NCBI GenBank assembly: GCA_009103225.1
Contig: RHPI01002438.1
Span: 1,184,755 to 1,248,754, forward strand
Reading direction: 5' to 3'
DNA from: Chlorokybus atmophyticus
Taxonomy: Eukaryota; Plantae; Mesostigma and Chlorokybus algae
Length of the DNA stretch: 64,000 nucleotides
Under the pieces are notes generated by a model. That model was not told the DNA's origin and did not search any database. It worked only from the letters and a program-made list of their open reading frames with translations. Shown in pieces: positions 1 through 11,760 of this stretch; positions within the stretch are counted from its first letter, which is position 1, and every line of letters begins with the position of its first letter. A program made the position numbers and the translations under genes.

Positions 1-6
1 CCAACG

Positions 7-2045
7 GTGGTGAGTTATGCAAAGGAGACAACAAGGTATTTCAGGCTTCGAGCACACATTTGCGATGACCAACGACGATGGAGAGAGTGTAAGCTCACGA
101 TTGATAGCGGTGCCAGTAGCAACTTTATGAGTTTTGTTATTGCGCGGCGTTACGGTTGGCTTTCATCATTACGAGGAGGTGAAGTGAAGGTCGCTGATGG
201 AGAGCCACCCTCTGGAGGTAATGGCGCTGCGTTTATGACCAGAGAGTTGTGCGTTCGCATTGGGAAGATGAAGGAGAACATGCGATTTTACTGCATCACC
301 TTACGGAACGCGTTTGACGGGATTTTGGGACTACCGTGGCTATGGCAACATAATCCATCCTTTAATAGGAGGAAGCGCGTGCTCACCATCGAACGAATCG
401 GTGGAGAGTCCATTCAAGGCATGCGCGCATGCCCTGTTGAACAGGAAGATCGCTTTGTGGAAAGCAAGAGAGATTATGCCATAGCTGCGTCGGACGTCAT
501 CGCGGCACGGCACGCTCAATCAGGTGGTACGACAATTTCCCAGATCTCTTATGTGCAATTGAGGAAGTTATTGTCTCCACGGAAGGCAAAGGCTGCATGG
601 TTGTGCGTGGTGCGCGAAAACACTGCAAAGTCAGCACCGGAGCTGAGTGACGGTGTTAAGATGGCTACGATGAACCCCGAAGTGTGTAAACTTGTTAAAG
701 AATACCAAGATATCATGGTGGACGAACTTCCATCTGGTCTACCACCTCCACGGAGCGTAGACCACCGTGTGGAGCTGATTGAGGGCGTGCACAAGCCACC
801 GTATCGACCCGTATGCAAGTTGTCACCTTTGGAGCTAGAAGAGACCGAGAGGCATGTGGCGGATTTGCTGAAAAGAGGCTACATCAGGCCTAGTAAGTCC
901 CCTTATGGTGCACCTATTTTGCTTGTACGAAAGAAGAACAGGAGCTTGCGCATGTGTGTCGACTACCGAGCTCTCAACAACATCACGAAGAGGAATTGCT
1001 TTCCACTCCCACGCATCGACGAGTTGCTGGAGCAATTGCAAGGTGCGCAGTACTTCACAACACTTGATCTTGCTTGGAGGTTAGCACAAAATCCGCATCG
1101 CGCCCGACGACGTGGAGAGAACAGCTTTTGACACACGTTATGGGCACTACGAGTGATTGGTCATGTCCTTCGAACTTACGAACGCGCCGGCAACATTTCA
1201 AACGCTAATGAACAGCGTTTTCGCTGACTTGATTGGTAAGGGAGTCCTTGTGTAACTCGACAACATTTTGGTGTACACAAAGACAAAGGAGGAGCACGTG
1301 GCACTTCTACGGCGCGTGTTGCAGCGTTTGCGCGAACACGAGTTGTACGCCTAGCTGCAAAAGTGCAAATTCTTGCTTCGAGAGGTGGAGTACCTAGGCC
1401 ACATCGTGTCGCATGAAGGCATCAAGCCGGACCCCAACAAAGTGCAGGTGGTGCGCGAGTGGGCTGCCCCGACCAACGTAAAAGAGGTGATGTCTTTTTT
1501 AGGCCTTGCAGGGTATTATCGCACATAGCTGCTCCCTTGACTGCCCTACTCAAGAAGGGAAAGCCTTGGAGCTGGTCAGCAACAGAGGAACACGCATTTG
1601 CTGCGTTGAAGAAGGCGCTGACGGAGGCATCAGACCTGGCTCACCCCGACATGGAAAAGACATTTAATTTGGCTTGCGACACGTCCAACATAGCCGTAGG
1701 AGCTGTTTTAAAGCAAGACCATGGCAACGGCCTTCAACCGTTAGCATTTTTTAGCAAGAAGATGAGTGGTGCGGAGCTGAATTACCCCGTGCACGAGAAG
1801 GAACTTTTGGCGCAAGTAATGGCGCTACGACAATGGCGGTGTTTTTTGAAAGGCAAAAAGTTCGTGCTTAAGACGATTACTCTCCACTGAGGTACCTACA
1901 AAGACAACCTCATTCAAGTCGCAGACAAGCACGATGGCTGAAGTTCTTTCAACTTTTTGACTTCGATATCAAGTACAAGCCCCGTACGTCAAATGGTATT
2001 GCTGACGCGCTTAGCCGGCTTAATGCAATTGACGCACTCGCTCAA
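7..2045 (+). pseudogene. pol: Degenerate Ty3/gypsy pol fragment (aspartic protease - RT - RNase H), truncated before integrase
   Basis: Retropepsin LTIDSGASSNF; RT SKSPYGAPILLVRKK..LRMCVDYRALN..PLPRIDELL; RNase H ACDTSNIAVGAVLKQ..NYPVHEKELLA; ..ADALSRL near 2000-2020. Several stops and frameshifts; ends abruptly against element A. Confidence 0.93.
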
Positions 2046-2543
2046 GTACCATTATAGGTACCATCGTAGGTACCATCGTAGCTGAACCGTTCTGGCTTAG
2101 CTCGAACTGCATCGAGCTCCAACGGCTCTATTGCTTGAACTCACAACTAGTCGCTGCTCTAGGACTGCACAATTGTAAGTAGATGCAGCTGTACTATAAG
2201 TAGCAAACTTAGTGCCATTGTTACTTAGCAAAACTGTGAGTATGAAGCAAGGACTGAGCAACGCCCCAACCTCTGCAATACAAGGACTACACGTGAGCTT
2301 GGTGTGTTTGTGACTGTTGTGTGTTGTGTATGGATGCGGAGCACACACATACACATTGCATTTGCCGCACACACTAGCTGCGCGTGCTTGCATTGTGCAT
2401 ACATACGCATCAATCAGGATCTGCTATCACTCTTGATAGTAGCACTCGTAGCTCTTACTTAACATGGACACACACACACACGCACACATACGCGTGCATC
2501 TTGCTATCGTGGGAAGGCCCTGTGAGCAACGCACCTACGTAGG
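2046..2543 (+). repeat. Element A repeat A1 (5'-truncated copy of A2), with TATAAG at 2195-2200
   Basis: Direct repeat of ~5725-6225 (ataggtacc..gggaaggccctgtgagcaacgcacct.cgtagg); the first ~200 bp of A are missing. Confidence 0.92.
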
Positions 2544-2568
2544 TGGCTTGTTGACTTACAGCCTTGCT
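2544..2568 (+). promoter_or_regulatory. Element A: b microhomology plus putative self-priming PBS
   Basis: tggcttgttgac resembles the B start tggcttgctgcc. acttacagccttgct (2554-2568) is complementary to agcaagactgtgagt (5906-5920, 13/15; A1 copy 2227-2241), ~27 nt after the TATA box. Confidence 0.7.
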
Positions 2569-2637
2569 CCCTTCTACATTAATAGTAGATCACTCTTGCA
2601 CGCATAGTGCACCTCACATCTCACCGCACTTGCACGA

Positions 2638-4359
2638 GTGCGTACGAGTAGGGTTGGCATCATCATCCTGGAGAGAGCAGCAGCAGGGACAAGCTGGGAG
2701 AACGACGAGTACCTTCGCACTACACCTGCAGCTCCAGTCAAGGACGGTCGCAGCAGCTTCTGTAGCTGGGAAGACAACGAGCGCCTCTATACTACACCTG
2801 CACCCCCTGCCCAAGAGACGGTTGTCGCCTTCCCCAGCTTGTCGTCAACACTGTGCAACACATCCACCTCACACCTCCACCCGTCTCGCGTCTCCCTCGA
2901 CATGGCTATTGCCCTTACTGCGCCACCACCTCTTTCCTTCTCTGGTCGCCCCAACACGCTGCCTCTGGACGAGTTTGTCATCAAGTTGGATTCCGAGCTG
3001 CTCCTACACAAAGAACGCAGCCGTTGGTGGTCGGAGGAGTTGTCCTTCAAGATGGCAGTCATGTACCTCGACGAGGAAGCACACCATGTGTGGCGCTCAG
3101 TCGCGGCTCGCTACGGCATTGGCGGATACTGCACTCTACACTCCGAGGCAGCCTCCACGACACCGCCATTGTCCACGCTCAGCCCGGCAACTCCTGCACC
3201 AGCCTCTCGGCACACCAACACCGCCGCTGGCTCACTTGTGGGCGCACCAATCATCAACATTTCGGTGCAACACACTGAGTTTCCCATGAGAGACCTCTAC
3301 ACGGCCTTGCGTCGCACCTTTCCTCCATCCACTTGAGAGAAGGTAGCTGACCTTTGCCACTTTCAACGTCGAGACGATAAAGACGCGTTGCGGATGTATC
3401 ATCGGCTGATGTCTCTCCTCAAGGACACGGACTACCGCATCCTAAGCGACGAAGCCGCGGCCGTCATCTACGTGTCTCATAGGCCGAGCTGTCCAACATG
3501 GTGGACACTGCTCTCAGCAACACCCGACCACAAGGCTTCTCCTTACGCCAAGCCTTCGAAGTGACCTTGCACCTGCATCAGCGCCAAGTGTGGAGAAGCG
3601 CCATGCTTGAGATGCATCAGAGCCCTCGCCGAGCTGATCTCAACACCAACTCCTTCCCTCACGAGGACACTGACGCAGCAGCTGCGTCGTCACCGAGTTC
3701 TTCGCCATGGGCTGCTCACGCAGCATGAGGACATGCTCCGCACGTGTCTTCGGTGTGGCCTTGAAGACCACACAGCCAGGGAGTGCACCGAGAGGTGGGC
3801 TGCTCTATGCTGCGCCTACTGCGGCAAGAACGGCCATCTCGAGTCAGTGTGCTTCTCTCAGCGTCCTCATCTCCGCCAGCGACAACATGGTGGTGCTCTT
3901 GCGCCTGTGTGGACGAGGATGACCGCTACAGCGACAATGGCGAGCATGACGAGGATGACTCCTCCAGCAACGCTGATGACCATGAAGAGGACAACCCCTA
4001 CAGCGACGCTGATGACCGTCAAGGATGGCCCCTATGACGACGACGTCGTTGACGATGATGACGAAGAGTTGTCACCCGCGCCCGTGTCTGCTGGCACCCC
4101 ACGCGCAGCAACCGTAGCGCTCCAATGTGCTCGCGTGCTAGCCTCCCATGTTGATGATGACATCTTCGACGCCATCGCCGTGCTCACCGCCAAGGTAGCA
4201 CAGCTGGAAGCACTTGTGGATGCACGTCGCCACTCGTATCGTGCATGCTACACCGCCACACGCCAGTGCAGCTATGGGACCACGATTCCACGCACTTTCG
4301 AGGACAATGGTCGAGACACCACGCGCACCAACACTCACACGCCATCACCGTCGTCGTGA
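2638..4359 (+). pseudogene. gag: gag of element A (stop and frameshift) with two CCHC zinc knuckles
   Basis: FSGRPNTLPLDEFVIKLDS..MAVMYLDEEAHHVW..LRRTFPP aligns with gag of B and C. Knuckles CLRCGLEDHTARECT and CAYCGKNGHLESVC. Confidence 0.88.
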
Positions 4360-4679
4360 AGTGGACAGTTGCAGCAACAGCTGCAGGGCTGCATCACACG
4401 CAGCCTCGGCAACGACATCATCGCCGACACTGTCACCACGCACTTCCGAAGCACCAGCACCGTCACCAACTCTGTCCTTGCAGCCCGTCAACTCTGTCGG
4501 CGCTGTCCTCCCTTGCAGCCAGCCACTTGCTACACGCATCCACCACATCGGCGCCGTCTACGGCCGCGCCAAGCACCACGACGCAGCTACAGCTGCATCG
4601 TCACGACGACAACGCCGACACGCGCGTTGTTTCATCCTCCACAACGCTGCCAGCTCCAGAAGCACCGTCCCGTCGCCAC

Positions 4680-5170
4680 CGCTGACCGTGCGCATCCACG
4701 CGCACCAGCCTGGTGACCTCCTTGCTGATCATGCACATACACACGCATACCAGCCCCACAACGCTGCAGGCTTCACTTGCACCGTCCTCTCCGCTGCTGT
4801 GCACACACACGCACCAGCTCCTTGGCCTCGACGCTGACCGTACGCATCCACGCGCACCAGCTCCGGCCTCCTCGCTGACGTGCGCATCCACGCGCACCAG
4901 CCCTTCAAGCCATCACAGGCACACACACCTGTACCGGCCTCGCTGACGTGCGCAACCACGCGCACCAGCACTTCATCGCCGCAGGCACACACACCTGCGC
5001 CGGCCTCCTCGCTGCCGCATCCACGCGCGCCAGCTCTGCCCTTGCTGCAGGCACACACATGCAATGGCGTCCTTAATCCCATGCGCATCCGCGCGCATCA
5101 GCTCCTCGGCGCTGCAAGTACACACCCCTGCACCGACCTCGTCGCTGTGCATCCACGCACACCAGCTTCT
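4680..5170 (+). repeat. Dispersed ~30-nt repeats in the 3' region of element A
   Basis: cgctgac(c)gtgcgcatccacgcgcaccagc and variants near 4680, 4832, 4874, 4941, 5010, 5083 and 5143. Confidence 0.8.
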
Positions 5171-5353
5171 TCGGCGCGGCAGGCTCAACATCTGCATTGC
5201 CCTCTCCGTCTTCCGCGTCGCCGCAGTGGAAGCCATCACACCGACAACATCTGTCTGGGGGGTGACGTCCTCACCTCCGCTGCTCCGCGCATTCCCTTCG
5301 CTCCCGCGCATACACATGTGTTGAGCTTGTGCCAGAGGATCTAGCTACTATTC

Positions 5354-6391
5354 AAGGGGGGTGGCTTGCTGCCTACATAGCTTCCTCTACACTTAGATAT
5401 GCTGGGTGGGAGCTCTTCTCAGCTGCACGGATGTGTACAACAGCCCACGAGGCTGGCCTCTTTCCCCATCATGGCAATAGGGTTGGGAGCGACCTGGAGG
5501 GGCACACGACCCTGCCAGGCCCAACAGCTGTCATGCCAGCGGTCCAGGGGGGGTCAACTTCCTCGTCATGCCTACAGCCAGACATCGACCCGCGCTGTCA
5601 TGCTATTCGTCAACATCCGCAAAGTCTCATCGACCATGCCTATAGCCAGGCATCCGCGCCTGCTATTTGCATGAGGACGACGCGCCGCACGTCGTACGAC
5701 TGCCACGGCGGTTGTGAGTCGTGAGTCCCATCATAGGTACCGTCGTAGGTACCATCGTAGCTGTTCCGTTCTGGCTCAGCTCGATCTGCATCGAGTTCCA
5801 ACGGCTCTATCGCTTGAACTCACAACTAGTCGCTGCTCTAGGACTGCACAATTGTAAGTAGATGCGGCTGTACTATAAGTAGCAGACTTAGCCCCATTGT
5901 TACTTAGCAAGACTGTGAGTACGAAGCAAGGACTGAGCAACGCCCCAACCTCTGCAATACAAGGACTACACGTGAGCTTGGTGTGTTTGTGATTGTTGTG
6001 TGTTGTGTATGGATGCGGAGCACACACATACACATTGCATTTGCCGCACACACTAGCTGCGCGTGCTTGCATTGTTGTGCATACACACGCATCAGTCATG
6101 GTCTGCTATCACTCTTGATAGTAGCACTCATAGCTCTTACTGAACAGGGACACATACACACACGCACACACACGCGTGCATCTTGCTATCGTGGGAAGGC
6201 CCTGTGAGCAACGCACCTGCGTAGGTGGCTTGCTGCCTACATAACCCCTCTACACTTAGTTATGGTAGGTGGGAGCTCTTCTCAGCTGCACACGGATGTC
6301 TACAACAGCCCACGAGGCTGGCCTCTTTCCTCATCATGGCAATGCGGTTGGGAGCGATCTGGAGGGGCACACGACCCTGCTAGGCCCGACA
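5354..6391 (+). repeat. Element A 3' end: PPT (5354-5361), B1 (5362-5526), GC, A2 (5529-6225), B2 (6226-6391)
   Basis: AAGGGGGG|tggcttgctgcctaca..gcccaaca GC tgtcatgccagcgg..gtagg|tggcttgctgcctaca..gcccgaca. B1 and B2 are ~165-bp direct repeats flanking A2. Confidence 0.92.
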
Positions 6392-7166
6392 TGCCTGACG
6401 CGGTCACGCGCGCTTAGTCCTGCCACCTGTTGTCCATGTTGTAGGTAGACCATGGAGTGCTTGTCCAACCAGATGTCTTGACCTAGGTCTGCAGCCGGGA
6501 GTTGGGCATCATCTGGCGTGGTCTGTTTAGCTGGGTCGGTGTCGACGGGAGTGAGCGCTGGCATCTCCTCTGTTGCCGGCGTTGTCGGAGCCGCTCCTGT
6601 GATGGTGTCCCGTCCCGAGCGCAATGCAGCTACGGCAAACATGGTGACCTCTTGTGGTGGTGGTGCCACTGGACTTAGCTCATGTCGGGCACCGGTGGCG
6701 TCGTTAGTGGAAAGGTGGGGGTTGCGACTGAGGCCGTCTGCGTCCTGGTTGACCAGGCCCGCCCGGTGGGTGATCTCAAAGTCGTATTCCTGTAGCAGCA
6801 GGGCCCACCTGGCCAACTTGCCCGTAAGGTGCTGGTTGGTCATGAGCCAGCGCAGTGGTTGGTGGTTGGTGATCAGTAAGAACTGTCTTCCGAATAGAAA
6901 GGGTCTGAAGAAGGAAATGGCCCAAACTGCAGCAAGGCATTCACCTTCGTAAATGCTGTAGTTGGCCTCAGCGCTGTTGTTAATACGGCTGGCGTAGGAC
7001 ACCACCCGTTCCCTTTTATTGTCGTCGAGCTGAACCAATACCGCACCCATGCCGAGCTTGCTCAAGTCGGTGTGAAGAACAAAGGGTTTGGTGTAGTCTG
7101 GTCGCTGCAAAATGGGGGCTGAGGTGAGCCTCTGCTTCAGCTCTTCGAAAGCCCGTTGCTGGGCCT
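6392..7166 (-). pseudogene. pol: Element C RNase H and linker toward integrase
   Basis: QQRAFEELKQRLTSAPILQRPDYTKPFVLHTDLSKLGMGAVL..NYSIYEGECLA..QDADGLSR; nearly collinear with B pol. Confidence 0.92.
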
Positions 7167-8004
7167 TGTCATGCGCGAGCATGTAGTGTCATGTGCATGG
7201 TGCCCTCGGGGCTGGCGGCATGGATGGACATTGGGATTTCGGCTCTCGTAGCCATTTTACAGGGTTTATGTGTTGGGTTTTGGTTGGGAACTCATGTTTG
7301 GGTCCTCATGGACGTGAGGGAGGTGTGTTCGAGGCATATCTACAGATACCGAGCTGACAGCATATTTGAGTCATTATAGTATCCCGCGCAGCTGTTTTGG
7401 AGTTGTGACTTTGAGAAGCCATAACTTACAGTTGGAGTGGCGGTTTGGCCGTGGGTTGGCGTCAAAAGATGCGTCTTAAAGTGTACTTGAAGAGGATAGG
7501 CTTGGATAAGCCTTTCCTAACCGTCTACCGTTACTTATCAACGCCATCATGACTGTTACTATGCTGGTTCAGACTGACAGTTAGGGTAGTTGGAGAGTTG
7601 GTTGGGCTTGGGCTCAACGGTGGTATATAAGGCTTTGCTAGCTTGTTTCCTAGTTTGGTTGGATGCAAGTTGGCCTACTGGAGTGCAAGCAACACCTTTG
7701 GGAAGAGGTTCTTGGCTGAGCGGATGCTTGTGCACATGCTTGCATGTATGGTGTGTGTGCACGTGTTCGTTGCTGTGCATGAAGGGGTGTGTGTCACTGT
7801 TGCGACTTTGATGCACCGTATGGGCTGCCTTAGCATGTACATTGAGTGAGGATTGAGTTGGACTGCTCTACACGAGTGAACGGCTGATTGCAAGTCAAGT
7901 TGTGGTCATCTTGCCTACCTTTTGCAAGGGGACACGCATCTTTCCCTTGCATCCAACCCATCAGCTGAGTTTGCTCGAGGTAGAAGCAAGTTGCAGGCGA
8001 GTTC

Positions 8005-9665
8005 ATGCCCACCAGATCTGGAGAGGACTGGCAGTCACGCCCACCCAATCCGCCCTCGAAGAGAGGAGCGAAAGGAAGGATCACTCCGGTGGAGGAGGGC
8101 CTTGCCGAAGAGGTAGAGTTGTCGAGTGACGAAGAGTCCGACATCGAGGACGTGGGTGGAGAGATGCATGAGATTCAGCTGCAAGCATGGATAGCACACC
8201 GAAGTTCAGTGGGAGGCCTGGCACGGCGGACCTACGGGACTTCATGGACCGCTTCGACTTCGAGATGGTTAAATGGGAGTACCGGGACAAGTCGGGGTGG
8301 GACGAGCACAAAGCCTTCAAGATGTTGCCTCTATACCAAGGATGAAGCTCTTGGCACGTGGAGAGAGTTCAAGGAGCAGCTGGAGGTGAGGGAGAGGGCG
8401 TTGCGGCTCGGCGCACCGGCTGCGTTTGAAGCGGAGTGGAAGAAGGAGCAGCCCGTGACTGAGTTCAAGGCGCTCTTGAGGAAGACCTACCCACAATCAA
8501 CACCGCCAAGGTTTGTGAGCTGAGTTTCTTCAAGCGCAACGTCCGGGAGACGGCGAGGATGATGTATACGCGCATGCTCAAGCTCTTGACGGACACGGAC
8601 CACAAGGTGATGACGGATCAGACCGCGGCGGTTGTGTACCTTCAACTAGAGGCGGACTTGAGGCTGAAGGTGCAGACCATGTTGACCACTCAGTCCGAGT
8701 TCGGCACATACACGCTTGCGGATGTCTTCAAGGTGGCCGAGACGGCAGAAATTCAGCATGAGTACCTCAAGAACATTGACCGGCAGCGTCGAGGGTTGAA
8801 GTTGCTTGAGGTTTCAGAGGAGAAGAGCTTCCAAGCCCGCGGCGACATCGGCGGCAAGCAAGGCAACTGGTGGGAAGCCGAAGGAGTTCAAGCACGCCAA
8901 CAACGCGGTTGTGGAAGGTGTGTCGGATGCGAAATGCTGGTCGTGTGGCGAGGAAGGCCACATTGCAAGGGATTGTGGGAAAGGCAAAAAGGTGGTGTGC
9001 TCTCATTGCAAGAAGGGCGGGCATGTCGATGCCAAGTGTTGGAGTAAGCATCCGGAGCTGCGCCCACAACAAGGAGGAGCAGTTGGAGCTCACTCGAGTG
9101 TGAGAGTGGAGCCATCAATGTCGGAGGTGACAAAGGCATTGGCAGCAATGCAATTGGAGTATGCATCGTTGAAGAGCATGCTCGAGCGAGGAAAATGGCC
9201 CGAGAGAGGAGCGGAGGATAAGCCAAGCAGCTCTGGAGGGTACCTCGCATATAGTGGAACGAAGGCACTAAGGTGGCAGCGGTTGCGACGACGAGAGCGT
9301 CAGCACGCCAAAACGCTGCACCAGCTCCCCCGATTAGGATGGTTGAGGAAGAAGCCGCGCCCGTCCGCGAGGAGGGCGTGGATCATGATAGGATGCAGGC
9401 ACCAGCTGCACGCATGCCTATGTCATTCAAGTTGCTGCCAACAACCCCGTTGGAGCAAGAGAGTTCGCGCTCGGAGGGTGCGAAAGTGCAGCCGACCACT
9501 ACGGCAACGGCGCAACATGATGTCGGCGTCCGTGGCTGTGGTGAGCACAAGAGAGTGGAGGAGCTGCTACAAATGTGTGTAAAGCTTCTTGAGGGTGCCA
9601 AGATGCTTTCCCAACAGCCCGCAACTCAAGCCAATGAAGAAAACTTGGGGTTGACGGCGCCGTAA
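8005..9665 (+). pseudogene. gag: gag of element D, frameshifted, with two zinc knuckles
   Basis: LLRKTYPQ..FFKRNVRETARMMYTRMLKLLTDTDHKVMTDQTAAVVYL is homologous to B gag. Knuckles CWSCGEEGHIARDC and CSHCKKGGHVDAKC. Confidence 0.85.
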
Positions 9666-9707
9666 GAGAGCGTTGCGGCGGAGCTAGTCGGGCAGCCGCT
9701 TGTTCAC

Positions 9708-11760
9708 TTGAAGGACCTTGGAGTCAGCAAGGAACACGTGGTGGAGCTGTTGCAAAGTGCTCTAGACACTACAAGGACTGCCTCCACAAAGTCTCATGAT
9801 CATGTGAGCAAGTCTCATGAAGATATGGTGGCGCAAACAGGCCATATGGCTGCGCGCACGGAGCTGGCGGCGTCGGAGGGGTCGGCGTCGGCGTCGAGCT
9901 CTCTCACTCAGCTTGGAGACAAGCTAGAGGAAGGTGTGGGGAGTGTAGGAGGGATGTTGGCACAGCTTCCCGCCACTCGGCCGGCCTTGAGGGAAAAGGT
10001 ATCGCCAAATGTGGCGATGGTGGACAACCAAGGGGGGCACATCAGCCTAGATGGCTTCGTGCCGGATGTTGTCTTGGTGGATACGGGTGCCCAACCTGTC
10101 ATTTTGGGTGCTAGAGCTGTCAAAGGGATGGGACTCAGCCCCAAGGAGTGGGAGCCATGCCCGGTCATGATCAATACCTCGGCGGGAACCGTAGAGGCCG
10201 TGTGCGGCATAACGGTGCAGCCGGTGGACATATGCTTGACTGCGTTGGGAGGTGCTACCGCGACCTTCAAGGTTCGATGCCTCATCACGGATGCAAAGGG
10301 GTATGATGTGGTGCTCGGACAAGACTTCTTGTTCCCCGTCGGCGGCGGCGCTGACAATTCGATCGAACAAGGGTCCTTTCGGCCGCATTGGCGTGTGGGA
10401 GGAGGTGAGAAGGCCTACTTTCCGCTGAGCATCACGCAAGGGGGTGTTGAGAGGTCTCCAACATCCGCATCTGCTGTTTGGGCGTGCTTGAGTCGCTGTT
10501 CAGTCAAGGGATGGCTTGGTGACAGCACCGACATGTACTATGACCATGTGGAGGAGGGGGAGAGTGTCTCCACGCACATAGAGGAGGGGAGACCTCCGGA
10601 GCTGGTCTATATGGCTCAAACTCAGTCGCAAGAGCTGGAAATGGCTGCACAACACCGTGCTCAGCGGCAACAAGAGGCTCAAGACAAGGTTAGCCAAGCA
10701 TGGATGAAGGATGTGATGGCATTGGAGCCGCCGTTGCTGCCCGAGGGTGTGAGAGCTGTTCATCCGCCTATCAACTACAACACCATCGAGTGGAAGGTGC
10801 CCGAAAATGGTGTCGTGATGGTGGAGCTGTTTGATGGCATTGCAAGTGGGCTTGCGGCCGCGTTGAATGCTGGCATCAAGGTGCGGCGCTACATCTATGT
10901 GGACCCTTCGCCAATGGCACAACAAGGTGCACAACATCATGTGAGGATTTTGTTGAAGAAGTATCCAGATCTGCTACATGAGGGTGCGGTGAAGGGCTTT
11001 CAAAGCACATGGCCGCAAGACATTTGCTTGGTGGGGCCACATCATCTCGCGGCAATCGGCCATGTGGATTTGCTTGTAGCGGGGTGGGAATGCCAAGGGC
11101 ATTCACGGGCTGGTCATGGCAAGGGATTGATGGATACGCGCTCGTCATTGTTTTGGGAGTTGGTGCGCGTCATCAACATGATTCAGCAAGGCCAAGAGCA
11201 GCCCATGGCGTACATCATTGAGAACGTACCAGCTGAAGACGACAAGCGCAAGCGCAAGCGAGAGGACTATCAGCTGGTGAGACATGTGCTAGGTCATGAG
11301 CTGGTCATGGATGCCGCACGGCATGGTTCGCGCGCGCATCCGCTGCGTGTGAAGTGGACAAACCTCGCGCCGGTTGAGTTGCTTCGCACGGTGCAGCAAG
11401 AGTACTCTAGACCGCAAGGTTTGACAGTCAAGCAAGTGCTGGAGCATGGGCGCACAGCGCAACAGGTCAGCAAGGCTGATCGGCCGCCTCAGGAGGTGGT
11501 GAACCAGGTTGGCCACGACATGGCGGCGTTGCCGACATTGGTAACATACCCATGCTCTTATGCATTCCGCAAGGGAGGGCCAGGGCTGGTGTGGGACTCG
11601 CGAAACATCAGGTTGGAAGAGCCAACAGCTGGTGAGCGCGAGCGTGCGATGGGGTTCTTGTTCTTGGTGCAACAGCGGCGCCAGGACTGAGTGAACAACA
11701 GCGCCGAGTGCTATTAGGACAAGCCATGGACCAGAATAGCATGGTGGGGCTTATGGTTGT
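9708..11760 (+). pseudogene. Element D aspartic protease plus C5 cytosine DNA methyltransferase (frameshift near 11660)
   Basis: VLVDTGAQPVILG; MTase motif I VELFDGIASG, IV LLVAGWECQGHSRAG, VI YIIENV, VIII LRVKWTNL, IX EEPTAGERERAMGF; motif X LLGQAMDQN lies in the next frame. Confidence 0.9.

Larger units (their letters stand above)
2046..6391 (+). mobile_element. Element A: non-autonomous gag-only gypsy-type element with split terminal repeats (5' end deleted)
   Basis: A1 fragment 2046-2543 matches the distal part of A2 (5529-6225). gag remnant present, no pol. PPT 5354-5361, then B1-GC-A2-B2 ending ..CCCGACA at 6391, followed by interrupted pol of element C. Confidence 0.88.
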
